Shown: positions 1 through 10,751 of the stretch, piece after piece | Numbering within the stretch: position 1 is the stretch's first letter | How the letters are laid out: each line of letters opens with the position of its first letter | From: Methanomassiliicoccaceae archaeon | GTDB taxonomy: Archaea > Thermoplasmatota > Thermoplasmata > Methanomassiliicoccales > Methanomassiliicoccaceae | Direction of reading: 5' to 3' | NCBI GenBank assembly: GCA_963728405.1 | Contig: CAVSJV010000005.1 | Coordinates: 384,001-448,000, forward strand | Length of the DNA stretch: 64,000 bases | Translations under genes and position numbers: made by a program | Notes under the pieces: generated by a model | Database searches by the model: none | Seen by the model: only the letters and a program-made list of their open reading frames with translations | Told to the model about the DNA's origin: nothing

Positions 1-54
1 CTTGACCCCGTTGCGCTCTGGTAGGAACCGTCCGGCCGTCATTCATGAAGGGAC

Positions 55-522
55 TTAGCTCTCCGGGGGTGTCCTGACCACCAGGACCGGACATGTCGCG
101 TGGCGTACGACACGTTCCGCCACGCTGCCCAGTAGCAGGTGGGCCATGCCGGTGCGGCCCAGGGAACCCATGACGATGAGGTCGTAGTCCTTGGCGATCT
201 CCACTATCTTGTGGGCGGGAGTACCTGAATCCACCACCAGGGTGGTCACGTGAACCCCTTTCTTCGCCCCCTCCTGCCGCACGAACTCCACGGCGGCCTG
301 ACCCTCTGTCTCCATTATGGGGAGTAGATTGGGTAGGGCAATGGCATCGCCATAGCCGATGAACGGGCTTATGTCCACAACGTTCAGCGCGGTTACCTCG
401 GCACCTATGAGCTTAGCGAGATCCAGCCCCCGGGCGACCGCCGCTTTGGCGTTCGGACTATCGTCGGTCGGTATCAGGATCCTCTTGATCGCTCCTACGC
501 CCTCGGTGTGATGTTCGTTCAT
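55..522 (-). CDS. Universal stress protein (UspA family)
   Basis: RILIPTDDS N-terminal strand; DLIVMGSLGRTG...LLGSVAERVVRHATCPVLVV C-terminal USP signature. Start codon uncertain. Confidence 0.92.
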   Translation of the reverse strand: MNEHHTEGVGAIKRILIPTDDSPNAKAAVARGLDLAKLIGAEVTALNVVDISPFIGYGDAIALPNLLPIMETEGQAAVEFVRQEGAKKGVHVTTLVVDSGTPAHKIVEIAKDYDLIVMGSLGRTGMAHLLLGSVAERVVRHATCPVLVVRTPPES

Positions 523-628
523 AATGTTCTGCAGTATGATTTGGAGCAAGAGATGCTAATAACCTACTATGATCGCCCTCGCGGTCGCCCCTCTTTTGAG
601 ACGAGGGAAGGGAGCGCCCAGGGCCTTA

Positions 629-1357
629 TCAGGACCACCGTAGCTCGATCTTGGCCACCTTGGCCGGGGGGACATCCATCTTTACCAATCGAGGTAACTG
701 TCCCTTCAGAGCGATCTTTTCTCCGACCACTCCCAACGCTCCCTCTATGCCTGGAATCGAGCACACCTCGGCGAGAGCCTTGTTCAGCACCTCATCATCG
801 CTCGATGTGAGCAGGTTTCCCAGGCGGGTGGCGCAGGCGTCCGCTAACGTGACGTTCGCGGAGATGACCGTCGCCGCGTCCGACGTCCCGAACGATATCG
901 AGGGCCCGATCGTGGCGGATGAGGTGCAGATGCCGAAGACCCCCTCCCTCGGAACGCAGGCGAACCCCAGACCCCTGACCTTCTCGCCGGCGTACAGGCC
1001 CACATTGACCTCCCGGTCGAGCAACATGGCGATGTCCCCTCCGTTGTCGACGATCGCCTGTCTCGCCCCTGCGGCCTGCAGGTCCTTGACCGCCTTCTCC
1101 GCAATCGCCCCAGCGATGCTGGCCATCGGCCCCACTCCTGCCCGGCCCGTTGCTTCGCACATCCTCTTTATGAGGGGGGGAGCATCCTCCGGTGCGGGAT
1201 ATGGCTCCAGGGTGACCTGAAAGATGGGATCCCGGCGGATGAACGCCTGCACTACCTCGCGGGTGTGGAAGATAGACTCCTCCGCTGCCGGGATGAACTC
1301 TCTCTCGGCGATGATGGTGACCGCCGTCTCCCCGATCTCGAAGTGCTTCCTGATCAT
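629..1357 (-). CDS. UPF0280/COG2122 ApbE-like protein (MA1715-like, sulfur assimilation)
   Basis: VGPMASIAGAIA, DNGGDIA, GICTSSATIGPSISFG and ADACAT motifs; ATG 1357 overlaps the stop of the upstream gene (ATGA). Confidence 0.85.
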   Translation of the reverse strand: MIRKHFEIGETAVTIIAEREFIPAAEESIFHTREVVQAFIRRDPIFQVTLEPYPAPEDAPPLIKRMCEATGRAGVGPMASIAGAIAEKAVKDLQAAGARQAIVDNGGDIAMLLDREVNVGLYAGEKVRGLGFACVPREGVFGICTSSATIGPSISFGTSDAATVISANVTLADACATRLGNLLTSSDDEVLNKALAEVCSIPGIEGALGVVGEKIALKGQLPRLVKMDVPPAKVAKIELRWS

Positions 1358-1759
1358 GCCTGCAGCTTCATGGCCTCGGGGGGGCAGGAGCGTACGCACA
1401 GCCCGCAGGCGATGCACTTATCGAGATGGAAGATGACCTTCCACTCCTTGCGGTCCATCTCGATGGCATCGGCCGGGCATATGGAGACGCACATGCCGCA
1501 ATTGGTGCACCGGGACTCGTCCTTGGTCACGAACTCGTTCAGCTCCTTGACCTCGACCCCCTTCGACTGAAGGTACGCCACTCCCTTGGTGATCTGGGCC
1601 GGCTTGCCGTCCACTTCGATGAGCAGCACTCCGCCCTTCTCCATGATCTCCGCTCTCAGGATATTGAACTTAAGGTCGAAGTCCTTGACCAGGACAGTAG
1701 GTGATCGACTCGTTGACCAGCTCGGGGGTGAAGTACAGGTTGAACTTGCGTTTGGCCAT
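1354..1759 (-). CDS. NIL domain + 2x[4Fe-4S] ferredoxin (MA1822-like subunit of aspartate-semialdehyde sulfurtransferase); one extra base near 1698
   Basis: MAKRKFNLYFTPELVNESITY joins VLVKDFDLKFNILRA after removing one base; CTNCGMCVSICP and CIACGLCVRSCP motifs; directly after the DUF39 gene. Confidence 0.85.
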
Positions 1760-2926
1760 CTAGAGCACCTCCTCTTTGGAGCAGACATCCAGCGGTCTCT
1801 GCACCCGTTCCGAGGGCAGGGGAGCGACCGGCTGGGTCAGGAGGAACTCCTTCTCCTCTATCATCTTCTTCAGACGGCCGGCGATGATCCTTGCCTTGTA
1901 ATATGAGGACAGCGAGGAGGTGCGGACCTTCTTGCCGAACAGCTCCACCGTCCCGCTCTTCAATTGAGCATAGCTCACCTCCATGATCGGCCTGCGGTTC
2001 CGGGACTGGATGGCATAATCGAGCAGGGGGGCGAAGATCTTATCATCGGTGACGGTCGCGGTTCTCATGAGGTCCTCATCCAGTATTGGGATGGGGACGC
2101 CGATCCCTACGCCGAGGGATAGGCCGTAGCCATGGAAGTTGAGCGCCCGTACGAACTCGTCGCTCATGCCTCTGAGATCACCCACGACGGCAAGGGACCG
2201 GGCCGATGACGCCGGCACGCCGTTGTGGTACGGCACGTTGGTCTTGAACTGCGTCCCCTCCCATGCCACATAGCCGACCCCGCCGCCCAGGAAGATCCGG
2301 GTGCCGATGCCGATCGTGCGCAGCTTAGGGTCCTTGAGCAAGGGGGACAGCTGCCCGGCACTACAATAGGTGGCGTTACCATAGTGCGGCAACAATTTGC
2401 CCATGTAGGTGAACAGGGCCTTCTCCGAGGAGTTCGTGGCCACTCCATAGTTCTGGTACATGTTCCGCGGATTGTACATGTACGCCTGGTTCACCGATTT
2501 CAGCGAGATGTAGGTATCGATGTCCTTGCGCGGGTAGCAGTCGGTGCCGTGGGCCGTGGCCCTTAGATGAACGGCCTCGCCCCTGACCAGCGACTCGATA
2601 ACGTGGGCGCCGCCATAGTCCATGCCGTCGCCATCCCGCTGCTCGGTCGCGCCGATGTAGGCGTCGACGGCCGCCAGGCCGGTGTAAGCGGGCACGTCGT
2701 TCAGCCACACCTTGCTCATCCTGATGGGCGGCTCGGCATGGCCGAAATTGATGAACGCTCCCGAGGAACACATGGCGCCGAAGGTGCCCGTAGTTACGAC
2801 GTCCACCTCCTCGGTGGCCTTCTCGATCCCCTGGCTCTCCACCAGTCGGATGGCCTCCTCCGCGGTCATTATGATCGCGTCGCCCTTCTCGATCTTGGCG
2901 TTGATCTCCTCGTAGGTCCTCTTCAA
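1760..2926 (-). CDS. Homocysteine biosynthesis protein / L-aspartate semialdehyde sulfurtransferase (DUF39, MA1821-like), no C-terminal CBS pair
   Basis: VDVVTTGTFGAMCSSGA, YGGAHVIE, NPRN and GIGTRIFLGG motifs of DUF39. Confidence 0.9.
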   Translation of the reverse strand: MKRTYEEINAKIEKGDAIIMTAEEAIRLVESQGIEKATEEVDVVTTGTFGAMCSSGAFINFGHAEPPIRMSKVWLNDVPAYTGLAAVDAYIGATEQRDGDGMDYGGAHVIESLVRGEAVHLRATAHGTDCYPRKDIDTYISLKSVNQAYMYNPRNMYQNYGVATNSSEKALFTYMGKLLPHYGNATYCSAGQLSPLLKDPKLRTIGIGTRIFLGGGVGYVAWEGTQFKTNVPYHNGVPASSARSLAVVGDLRGMSDEFVRALNFHGYGLSLGVGIGVPIPILDEDLMRTATVTDDKIFAPLLDYAIQSRNRRPIMEVSYAQLKSGTVELFGKKVRTSSLSSYYKARIIAGRLKKMIEEKEFLLTQPVAPLPSERVQRPLDVCSKEEVL

Positions 2927-2935
2927 TTTCTCACC

Positions 2936-3997
2936 CTATAGTAGCTTTTTTACAAGCGCCAGCTCAGCGTTCAATACTGACCCGCCCGCTCCGCCCCGGA
3001 TGGTGTTGTGCGACAGCACGAACATCTTGAAATGGTCGTCCTTCTTACGCACCCGTCCGACCACTGAGCTCATTCCCCTGGCCCTGGTCGGTCGGCCAGC
3101 GTTCACGTCCATCGTCGGCTGGGGGCGGTTCTCCTCCCTCCGCACGATGACCGGTTGGATAGGCGCAGTGGGCAGCTTGAGCCTCTGCGGCTCGGCCTCG
3201 AAGGTCTCCAAGGCCTTTATCATCTGTTCGACGGAGGCGTCCTTTTCGGTTCGCAGCACGATCGACTCTAGGTGGCCGTCGATGACCGGCACCCGGGCGC
3301 AGCTGGCGTAGACCTCCACCGGGTGGTAGGCGAACTTGCCGTTCTTGACCTGGCCAAGGATCTTGGCCAGTTCGGCCTCCATCTTCTCCTCCTCGTTCTT
3401 GATGAACGGCACTACGTTGCCGAGGGCGTCCAGCGACGGGACGCCCGGGTAACCGGCCCCGGAGACCGCCTGGTAGGTGGACACGACCACGAACCTCAGC
3501 CCGAAGGCATCATCGACCGCTTTAAGAGGCAGTGCGATGCCCGTGGTGGAGCAGTTGGCGTTGGTGACGATATATCCGCCGTCCTTGAATGTCTTCTGCT
3601 TCTTGACCACGTCTAGATGGGGAGCGTTGCACTCGGGGATGAGGAGGGGCACATCGGATTCCATGCGGTGGGGGGCAGCATTGGAGAAGACGGCCACGCC
3701 GCCCCTGGCCAGCTGGGTCTCGAAGTCGCCCGCGATGTCCGTCGGCAGTCCGGAGAACGCCACGCGGTTGACCTTGGCGATCTTGGCCACATCCAGCTGC
3801 TCTATCCTCATCTCCAGGGTCTCATCCTTGAACGCATGGTCCCTGATCTTCAGGGTGTCCCCTAGCCTCTTGCCCTCGGACCTCTCCGAGGCGTACAGTC
3901 CGGCCATCTCGAACCGAGGATGGTCTTCCAGCAGCTGCACGAACCTTTGCCCTATCATCCCTGTGGCGCCCAGAACGGCGACCTTCACCTTTGCCAT
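2936..3997 (-). CDS. asd: Aspartate-semialdehyde dehydrogenase (archaeal type)
   Basis: GATGMIGQRF, NANCST catalytic Cys, QAVSGAGYPG, HNTIRGGAGG. Confidence 0.96.
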   Translation of the reverse strand: MAKVKVAVLGATGMIGQRFVQLLEDHPRFEMAGLYASERSEGKRLGDTLKIRDHAFKDETLEMRIEQLDVAKIAKVNRVAFSGLPTDIAGDFETQLARGGVAVFSNAAPHRMESDVPLLIPECNAPHLDVVKKQKTFKDGGYIVTNANCSTTGIALPLKAVDDAFGLRFVVVSTYQAVSGAGYPGVPSLDALGNVVPFIKNEEEKMEAELAKILGQVKNGKFAYHPVEVYASCARVPVIDGHLESIVLRTEKDASVEQMIKALETFEAEPQRLKLPTAPIQPVIVRREENRPQPTMDVNAGRPTRARGMSSVVGRVRKKDDHFKMFVLSHNTIRGGAGGSVLNAELALVKKLL

Positions 3998-5078
3998 CTA
4001 CTTTCCTCCAAAGTATCCCTTGCCCTCGGCCATCATGCGCTCGAAGGCCTCCCGGTCCCCTTTGACCGCGGCGTCCTTTAGGTCGGCCACGGCTCGCTGC
4101 AGGAACGACAGTGCTTCCTGGTTGTGGGGATTCAGGTGCTGTATCTCGTAGTAAAGCTGAGCGTTCTCCGATGCCACGTCCCTGGACGTGCTCGACCTGC
4201 CGGCGGAAGGTGGTGGAGGCCGCTCTGTTCAGATCGTCGTAGCCCCTACCGCTCTGCCGCAGCGCCTCGAAGAACGCGATGTTCACAGCGTGGCTCAAGC
4301 CGAGCACATAGGCCATCAGGGGATCATGCTCCTTGACGTCCATATCGATTATGTTGGCACCGTCGACGAGGATCCTAGCCCTCTCGACCGCCTCGGCCGA
4401 TCCACAGTGGCAGACCACCACATTGCGGTCGATTATCGACGCGGTGTCCGGGCCGAACATGGGGTGCAACGAACAGACCAGGTATCCGCGGCCGGCCCCG
4501 TCCTCCAGTTCCTCGGTCAAGGGCGCCTTGATGGAGGCGATATCGAACACCAGCCCCTTCGGCTGGTAGGATAGGACCTGTTGCAGGATTGCGGGCGTCT
4601 CCGAGATGGGGGTAGCGAGAACGACGACCTCGGCGTCGCGCACGCCCCTCTCGAGATCCCTCTCCATCGGGAAATTAGGATTCTCGCCCTGATCGTAAAC
4701 GCGGATGCGGTGCCCCCGGGAGGCGAAGAAACGGCACAGCCAATTGCCCATCCGTCCGCTGCCGCCAACTATGAGCATGCGCTTGGAGAGCTGAGGGCGA
4801 GGGATCTTTCCCTGCTGTTCGATCGACTCGCGAATGAGAAGGATGGCGATCTGGCGGGCCGATTCGGTCGACATGCCGAACTCCTTGGCCCGCTCAACAT
4901 AGCGGCCGATGACCTTCTCTTCTACCGACGGGGCCCGGAGGGGCAGCGAGTCAGTGGCCTTCATTTGCCCCATCTCCACTGCCGCAGCGGTCCGATTGGC
5001 CATCATCCGTAGGATCTCGTAATCGATCTTCTCGATCCTTTTTCTAATGTCTTCGATGCTCTCACGCAATGAAATCAC
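3998..5078 (-). CDS. tyrA: Chorismate mutase / prephenate dehydrogenase fusion; one extra base near 4190
   Basis: N-terminal AroQ domain (IRKRIEKIDYEIL..R), then GGSGRMG, DIASIK, SLHPMFGP, HDPLMAYV; frame resumes TSRDVASENAQLYYEIQHLN to TAG at 3998. Confidence 0.88.
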
Positions 5079-6138
5079 CCCTGAGGCACAGGTCGGCGAG
5101 CACCAGTGCGGTCGCCGCCTCCACCACTACCACGGCCCGGGGGACGATGCACGGGTCATGCCGCCCCTCGACCTTGATGGTGGTGTCCTCCATTCTCACT
5201 AGGTCTACGCTCTTCTGCTCGAGGGATATCGACGCAGTAGGCTTGAAAGCTACCCTAAAGTCCAGAGGCATGCCGCTCGAGAGACCGCCGAGAACTCCGC
5301 CGGCGTTGTTGGTCACAGTTTCGAGCTCGCCGTCCTTCACCTGGAACGAATCATTGTGCTCAGAGCCTTTCATAGCCGCGGCCCGGAAGCCCGCTCCGAA
5401 CTCTATTCCCTTAACGCCAGGGATGGCAAATATCATCTTGGCCAGCTCGCCTTCCAGCGAATCGAAGAACGGCTCGCCCACACCGATGGGGAGGCCCAGG
5501 CTCAGGCAGCGGACGATCCCGCCGACGCTGTCGCCGTCCATCTTCGCCTCCATTATCTCGGTGATCATGTCCAAGGCGATGGCGGGGTCCGCGGCCCGCA
5601 CGGGATTTTCCTTGGCCTGGCGGCGAACCTCTTTGAAAGTCCTCTCCTCAGCGTCCTCGATCTTGCCCAGTCCCTGAGTGTAGGCGGCGATCTGGACGTT
5701 GATGGTCCGGAGGATCTCCTTGGCCACCGCACCGGCCGCGACGATCGGTGCGGTCATCCGACCGGAGAACTGCCCCCCGCCCCGAAGGTCGTGCGACTCT
5801 CCATACTTCTTCATGGCGGTCAGGTCCGCATGCCCCGGTCGCGGCACGTTCTTGAACTGGTCGTACTTCGATGAGTCGGTATCTCTGTTAGCGATGAACA
5901 GCACCACGGGCGCCCCGGTGCTCCGGCCGTCCTTGACCCCGGCGAGAGTCTCGACCAGGTCCTCCTCGGCGCGGGGGGTCCCCAGCGCTCCGGACGGCCG
6001 TCTGAGGTCCAATTCCCGCTGGATGTCGCTCCTCTCGATCTCGAACCCCGCCGGCACACCGTCCAGCACGCAGCCGATGCCCGGCCCGTGGCTGGAACCG
6101 AAGATGGTGAGGCAGAGCCTCCTCCCGATGGTGTTCAA
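5062..6138 (-). CDS. aroC: Chorismate synthase
   Basis: GSSHG, PRPGHAD, GGGQFSGRMT, KPTASI, GRHDPCI. Confidence 0.97.
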   Translation of the reverse strand: MNTIGRRLCLTIFGSSHGPGIGCVLDGVPAGFEIERSDIQRELDLRRPSGALGTPRAEEDLVETLAGVKDGRSTGAPVVLFIANRDTDSSKYDQFKNVPRPGHADLTAMKKYGESHDLRGGGQFSGRMTAPIVAAGAVAKEILRTINVQIAAYTQGLGKIEDAEERTFKEVRRQAKENPVRAADPAIALDMITEIMEAKMDGDSVGGIVRCLSLGLPIGVGEPFFDSLEGELAKMIFAIPGVKGIEFGAGFRAAAMKGSEHNDSFQVKDGELETVTNNAGGVLGGLSSGMPLDFRVAFKPTASISLEQKSVDLVRMEDTTIKVEGRHDPCIVPRAVVVVEAATALVLADLCLRGDFIA

Positions 6139-7403
6139 CCCGACTCCTCCGCGGCCGCTCCCAGGGCCTTAAGGTCCGCCACGAAATGGGGATAAGAGAT
6201 GCGATAGCAGTCGCCGTCGTTGATGGTGGTGACGCCGTCGGCCACCAGACCCGCCACCGTGGCCGCCATGAGGATGCGGTGATCTTCCGAGGGATTGATG
6301 GTCCTGGCCTTGAGCTTGACCGGCCCCTTGATCACGCATCCGTCCTCCCGTTCCTCAATGTCTGCGCCCATGAGCTTTAGGAACGCCACGGTGGTGGCGA
6401 TGCGATCGCTCTCCTTGAACCGCAGGTGAGCCCCGTTGGTAAGCTTGGTCTCGCCCTTTGATTGGGACGCTAGCACCGCCAGGATGGGGAACGCGTCCGG
6501 CGAATCGCCCACATCAACATCCCCGGCATGAAGCTCGCCCTTCTCAACGGTGACGCTGTTCCCGGACCAGGCGACCTTGGCTCCAAATCTGGATAGGACT
6601 TCGAGCACCATGCGGTCGCCCTGTCGGTCCTTGGGATCGAGACCGCTCACGGTCACCTTGCCAGTGAGGGCGGCCGCTACCAGGGGGAAGGCCGCCGAGG
6701 AGTAGTCGCCCGGAATGATATAGTCCTTGGGCCGATACCTCTGGCCGCCCAGAACGCGATAGCCGTTCTTGGTCTCGGTGCTGATGGCACCGAACAGGGA
6801 CATCATGTCCCTGGTGATCTCCACATAGGGCTTTGATCTCAGGGGCGTGGTGATGACGATCTCGGTGTCCAGCTCCTTTAACGCCGAGGATATCAGGAGG
6901 GAGGAGATGAACTGCGAACTGATGTCCCCCTTGATATGGGTCCATCGTCCTTTGTTCGGCCCTCGGATTATCAGGGGGGCATTCCCGTCACCGCGCTGCG
7001 ATATGGCCCTCACGCCCAGTTCGGTCAGGGCGTTCAACAAAGGCTTCATCGGCCTCTGTTGCAGGGACTCATCGCCGGTCAGGGTCACATTGTAAGGCAG
7101 CAGGGAGGCGATGCCTGAGAGCAGCCGGATGGTCGTCCCGGAGTTGGCACAATCGACAGGACCGGTGGGCGCCTTGAGCTTGCCGCCCCGGATGATGAGG
7201 TCGTCATGCTCTCTCTTCACAATGGCCCCGAACTGCTCCATGCCCTTCAGGGTGGCCAAGGTATCGCCGCTCAGTAGCGGTCCATTCAATCGGGAATCGC
7301 CATGGGCCAGGGAGGCGAGGACGATGGCGCGGTGAGTATAGCTTTTTGAGGGCGGCGCGGAGACGGTCCCCTGGACCGCGGACGGTCTGACCTGAAGCTT
7401 CAT
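6135..7403 (-). CDS. aroA: EPSP synthase
   Basis: PPSKSYTHR, NSGTTIR, SSQFIS, KESDRI, DHRI. Confidence 0.97.
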   Translation of the reverse strand: MKLQVRPSAVQGTVSAPPSKSYTHRAIVLASLAHGDSRLNGPLLSGDTLATLKGMEQFGAIVKREHDDLIIRGGKLKAPTGPVDCANSGTTIRLLSGIASLLPYNVTLTGDESLQQRPMKPLLNALTELGVRAISQRGDGNAPLIIRGPNKGRWTHIKGDISSQFISSLLISSALKELDTEIVITTPLRSKPYVEITRDMMSLFGAISTETKNGYRVLGGQRYRPKDYIIPGDYSSAAFPLVAAALTGKVTVSGLDPKDRQGDRMVLEVLSRFGAKVAWSGNSVTVEKGELHAGDVDVGDSPDAFPILAVLASQSKGETKLTNGAHLRFKESDRIATTVAFLKLMGADIEEREDGCVIKGPVKLKARTINPSEDHRILMAATVAGLVADGVTTINDGDCYRISYPHFVADLKALGAAAEESG

Positions 7404-8257
7404 TCTTTGTTCCTCCTATCGTACAGGTCGACGGTCAGCAGCTTGAACTCCTTCATGGCGGCGGTGAACTCGCGGACCTTGTCCTCGACCACCAGCATGA
7501 CCGTGGCCGGTCCGCTGCCGGTCAGTCCGGCGGCCAATGCTCCGTTCTGCAGTGCTCTCAGCGCGACCTCCTGGTCCAGGCCGAGGGCGGCCGAATAGCA
7601 CATGCCGTTGAGGGTCAGGGCCCGTTCATAATCGCCGAGCAGGGCCTGCTGGAATGCCAGATCGACGATTCCGCGGACCGCCGTGATCCGTTCACGGGGC
7701 AGGGAGCTTTTGCGGATCTGGAAGTCGGGAACATGGATAAGGACCTTCAGGTAGCCGGGCATGGTGTCCCGGGCCAGGATCTGCTCGGAGCGGTTGTCGG
7801 TGAGGACCACGCCGCCGAACCAGGAGGCGCAGGCATCATCGAACGCGCCGGTCAACGAAACGCCAGCATCGATGGCGGCCCGGGTGCCCAGCCGGATGGC
7901 GTGGGTCTCATCCATGGCGACCCCCAGCGCATCGAGCGTTCCGAAGATGATGGCATTGGCGGCCGCGCTGCTGCTCTTCAGCCCCCGAGAGACGGGGATG
8001 GCCGAGCGGGTGGTGATGTGAACGTGGTAACGCTTGCCGGGCATGTGCAGATCGAGGACGGCCCGCACGCAGTTCTCGGCCAGCTTGGTGCTCTCTCCGG
8101 AAAAGCCGTCGATGACTACCTCGATCCCGTCCCCCTCGCTCAGCTCCACCTCCGCTGTGGTGGAGAGGTCGATGCCGAAGGCAGCGCCCTTGCCGCTGGC
8201 AAAGGCGCTTACTATGGTGGCGGCCCCGTGGCTGGTTCCCGTACCCTTCATCGTCAT
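7400..8257 (-). CDS. aroK: Archaeal shikimate kinase (GHMP family)
   Basis: IPVSRGLKSSSAAANA, TGAFDDA, GLTGSGP. Confidence 0.95.
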   Translation of the reverse strand: MTMKGTGTSHGAATIVSAFASGKGAAFGIDLSTTAEVELSEGDGIEVVIDGFSGESTKLAENCVRAVLDLHMPGKRYHVHITTRSAIPVSRGLKSSSAAANAIIFGTLDALGVAMDETHAIRLGTRAAIDAGVSLTGAFDDACASWFGGVVLTDNRSEQILARDTMPGYLKVLIHVPDFQIRKSSLPRERITAVRGIVDLAFQQALLGDYERALTLNGMCYSAALGLDQEVALRALQNGALAAGLTGSGPATVMLVVEDKVREFTAAMKEFKLLTVDLYDRRNKE

Positions 8258-9708
8258 CCGTTCCTTGCACCGGCGGCCATGACCTCGTATGGAGGTCTAA
8301 GTCCAGTCCAGGTCTCGAAAGCATCCATGGCTTGATAGATTAACATTTCCATTCCCGAGAGGGTTTTGGCCCCCCGGGCTTCGGCTTCCGCAAGGAACGG
8401 CGTCCTTTCCGGATTGTAGATCAGGTCCACGACCCATTGCCTGGCCCGGAAGATCTGGGGGTCGATGGGCAGCTCGTCCGGGAACCCCTGCATGCCCAGG
8501 GGGGTGCAGTTGATGATCATCTCGAAGTCCATCTTGGGGGCATCGGTGTGGGAGGCCACCCGGGCCGAGAAGTCCCTGGCCACCTCCTGGGCGCGAGAGG
8601 GTGTCCTGTTCGTTATCCAGATCTTACCCCCTCTCCGCTCCAGGACCGCGCAGCAGGCACGAGCGGCCCCGCCCGCCCCGATGACCAGGACGCTCTTGCC
8701 CCGAGGGTCCGCTCCCGCCGCTAACAGGGCTTTCTCCAGACCGGTGACGTCGGTGTTGTGGCCCATGAGCGTTCCCTTCTCGTTGACGATAACGTTCACT
8801 GCCCCGACCCGCTTGGCGAGGGGATCGATCTCATCGAGATGCTTCATCACCGTTTCCTTGTGCGGGATGGTGACATTGAGCCCCCTCATCTTCAGCTCGC
8901 GGACCAGTTCCATGAGCTCACCCAGCTCTTCCTCCCTGGCCGGGAACAGAAGATATCGTCCCGGGACCTTCATCTCCTTGAACGCGAGATCATGGAGCGA
9001 CGGGGAGAGGGAATGGCCGAGGGGATGTCCGGTCAGACCGGTGATCATCGGCTGTTCGCCTAACGCCTTGAGGGTGGCGATGTCCAGCTGCCCCGGGGCC
9101 GATTCTTTTCCAGGTTCCAGGGAGGCGTAGGTGAACTCATTACCAAAGCTCTTGCTGAGCATCCGGGTCACCGATCCGAGCTCCCCCATGCCAATGATGA
9201 CATGCCTCTCTCCGGTCGCGGAGAACAGCTTGGCGGCCTGTACGAGCCTGGAGAGATCGTTGACCGAGCCGATCTGGAAGGCCACCTTGGCCAGGTCCCC
9301 TCTGGAAGAGGTGGAGACCATGGCGTCGATGATGGCCGGGAGTTCGGGAGTTCCCGAAAGATCATGGTGCGAGCAGATGATGCGCGCCCTTCTCAGCTCC
9401 CGGCCGAGCCGAGATGACAGCGGTGAGGATAGTTCGATATCGACGTACTCGAAGCCGATACGGTCGGCCCGCCAGAAGAACCGTAACCGCTCCTCATCGG
9501 CATGGTCCGATGCACCGCCCTGGTCCCTGGTCCGTAGCGTCGCTATCTTGGGCACGGTCAGCTTCCTGAACGCGGAGAGGTCCTCGGGGAGCTTCTCCAT
9601 GCTGTCGAACCTCACTTCGATCAGGTCCGCCCCCAGCTCCTGGGCCCTGACCCCTGCGGCCAGGGCCTCTTTCACCCCCTTTTCTACGAGGGAAACGCAG
9701 ACCCGCAT
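8254..9708 (-). CDS. aroDE: Type I 3-dehydroquinate dehydratase / shikimate dehydrogenase fusion
   Basis: N-terminal EVRFD, SHHD, AKVA, SAPGQ; C-terminal HSLSP, NVTIPHK, NTD, GAGGAARA, GMEMLIYQA. Confidence 0.94.
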   Translation of the reverse strand: MRVCVSLVEKGVKEALAAGVRAQELGADLIEVRFDSMEKLPEDLSAFRKLTVPKIATLRTRDQGGASDHADEERLRFFWRADRIGFEYVDIELSSPLSSRLGRELRRARIICSHHDLSGTPELPAIIDAMVSTSSRGDLAKVAFQIGSVNDLSRLVQAAKLFSATGERHVIIGMGELGSVTRMLSKSFGNEFTYASLEPGKESAPGQLDIATLKALGEQPMITGLTGHPLGHSLSPSLHDLAFKEMKVPGRYLLFPAREEELGELMELVRELKMRGLNVTIPHKETVMKHLDEIDPLAKRVGAVNVIVNEKGTLMGHNTDVTGLEKALLAAGADPRGKSVLVIGAGGAARACCAVLERRGGKIWITNRTPSRAQEVARDFSARVASHTDAPKMDFEMIINCTPLGMQGFPDELPIDPQIFRARQWVVDLIYNPERTPFLAEAEARGAKTLSGMEMLIYQAMDAFETWTGLRPPYEVMAAGARNG

Positions 9709-10751
9709 CAGATCTCCATTATCGTTTCATCGATGCTGTGGCCGAAATGCCTTCCCCCTTCCTCGAGGCGGACCAATACCTTCTGACCGGCCTTGAGATC
9801 GGATACGGACACGGGACCTTCCGGCGTGCACATCCTGATCGTCTCGGCGTTCTGTAGGATGGTGCTGTATCTTCTTCCTTTCTCTTCCACCTCGACCATC
9901 AGGAGGGGGCGGCGCTCGATCTTGGAGCGTCCGACCACTACCTTCCTGACCGCGCCATCCTTGTTCACGGCCAGCACCTCGTCTCCTCCCCGTACCTCGG
10001 ACAGGTATTTGGTGCGGCCGGAGGCGGTCATGACATAGGAGTGCACCGCTCCGGCGTTGACCCGGAAGGGGCGGGAGGCCACATACTCCGAATCCATGCT
10101 CTCCGAGCTGACCAGGAAGAGGCAGGAGGACTGGGAACCGACCAGCATGCCCTCTCCGACCATTAGTAGGGAGCAGGTGTCCACGCACACTCGGTCGCCG
10201 ATGGTCAGGGGCATGATCTTGGTCACCGTGACCGGGACGAGATCTATCTTCCCCGGCCCATGTCCTTCCAGGGCAGAGAAATGGCGTAGGGCGGACGGGT
10301 CCTTCGTTTCTATGACCACTCCGTCGGCACCCTTCTCCATGGTCTCCAGGAAAAGCTTCGCTTCTTCGGGAGTGGACGCGGATGCCAGGATCTTGGTGTC
10401 CGAGCCCTGGAACTCGGCGATGAGGTTCTCCAGGGGGATCACCTTCCAGTCGCGGGCGGAGATGACGATGATGTTCACTTTATCTTTCAAAGCGGACGCT
10501 TTCTTGAGGTCCGCGGGGCTGGAGATCTTGAGCATCGCCCCGATCTTCTCTTCCCCGGAGAAAAGGTCCGAGCCTTTTACAGTGATGGCCTCGAACCTTC
10601 CCAGGCGCTTCAACCCTTGATCCTCTTCTCGAAGCACGATGTTCACCAGGCCGGCCTCGAGGGCCGAGGAGACCAACTTCTTACGGTCCTCGTACCCCTC
10701 GGGCAGATCGGCCCGGACCCAGATCATCTTGGCGGACATGCTATCACTCAA
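9708..10751 (-). CDS. aroB': 3-dehydroquinate synthase II (archaeal oxidative-deaminating type)
   Basis: WKVIPLENLIA, GDRVCVDTCS, RPFRVNAGAVHSY, LQNAETI. Confidence 0.95.
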   Translation of the reverse strand: MSDSMSAKMIWVRADLPEGYEDRKKLVSSALEAGLVNIVLREEDQGLKRLGRFEAITVKGSDLFSGEEKIGAMLKISSPADLKKASALKDKVNIIVISARDWKVIPLENLIAEFQGSDTKILASASTPEEAKLFLETMEKGADGVVIETKDPSALRHFSALEGHGPGKIDLVPVTVTKIMPLTIGDRVCVDTCSLLMVGEGMLVGSQSSCLFLVSSESMDSEYVASRPFRVNAGAVHSYVMTASGRTKYLSEVRGGDEVLAVNKDGAVRKVVVGRSKIERRPLLMVEVEEKGRRYSTILQNAETIRMCTPEGPVSVSDLKAGQKVLVRLEEGGRHFGHSIDETIMEI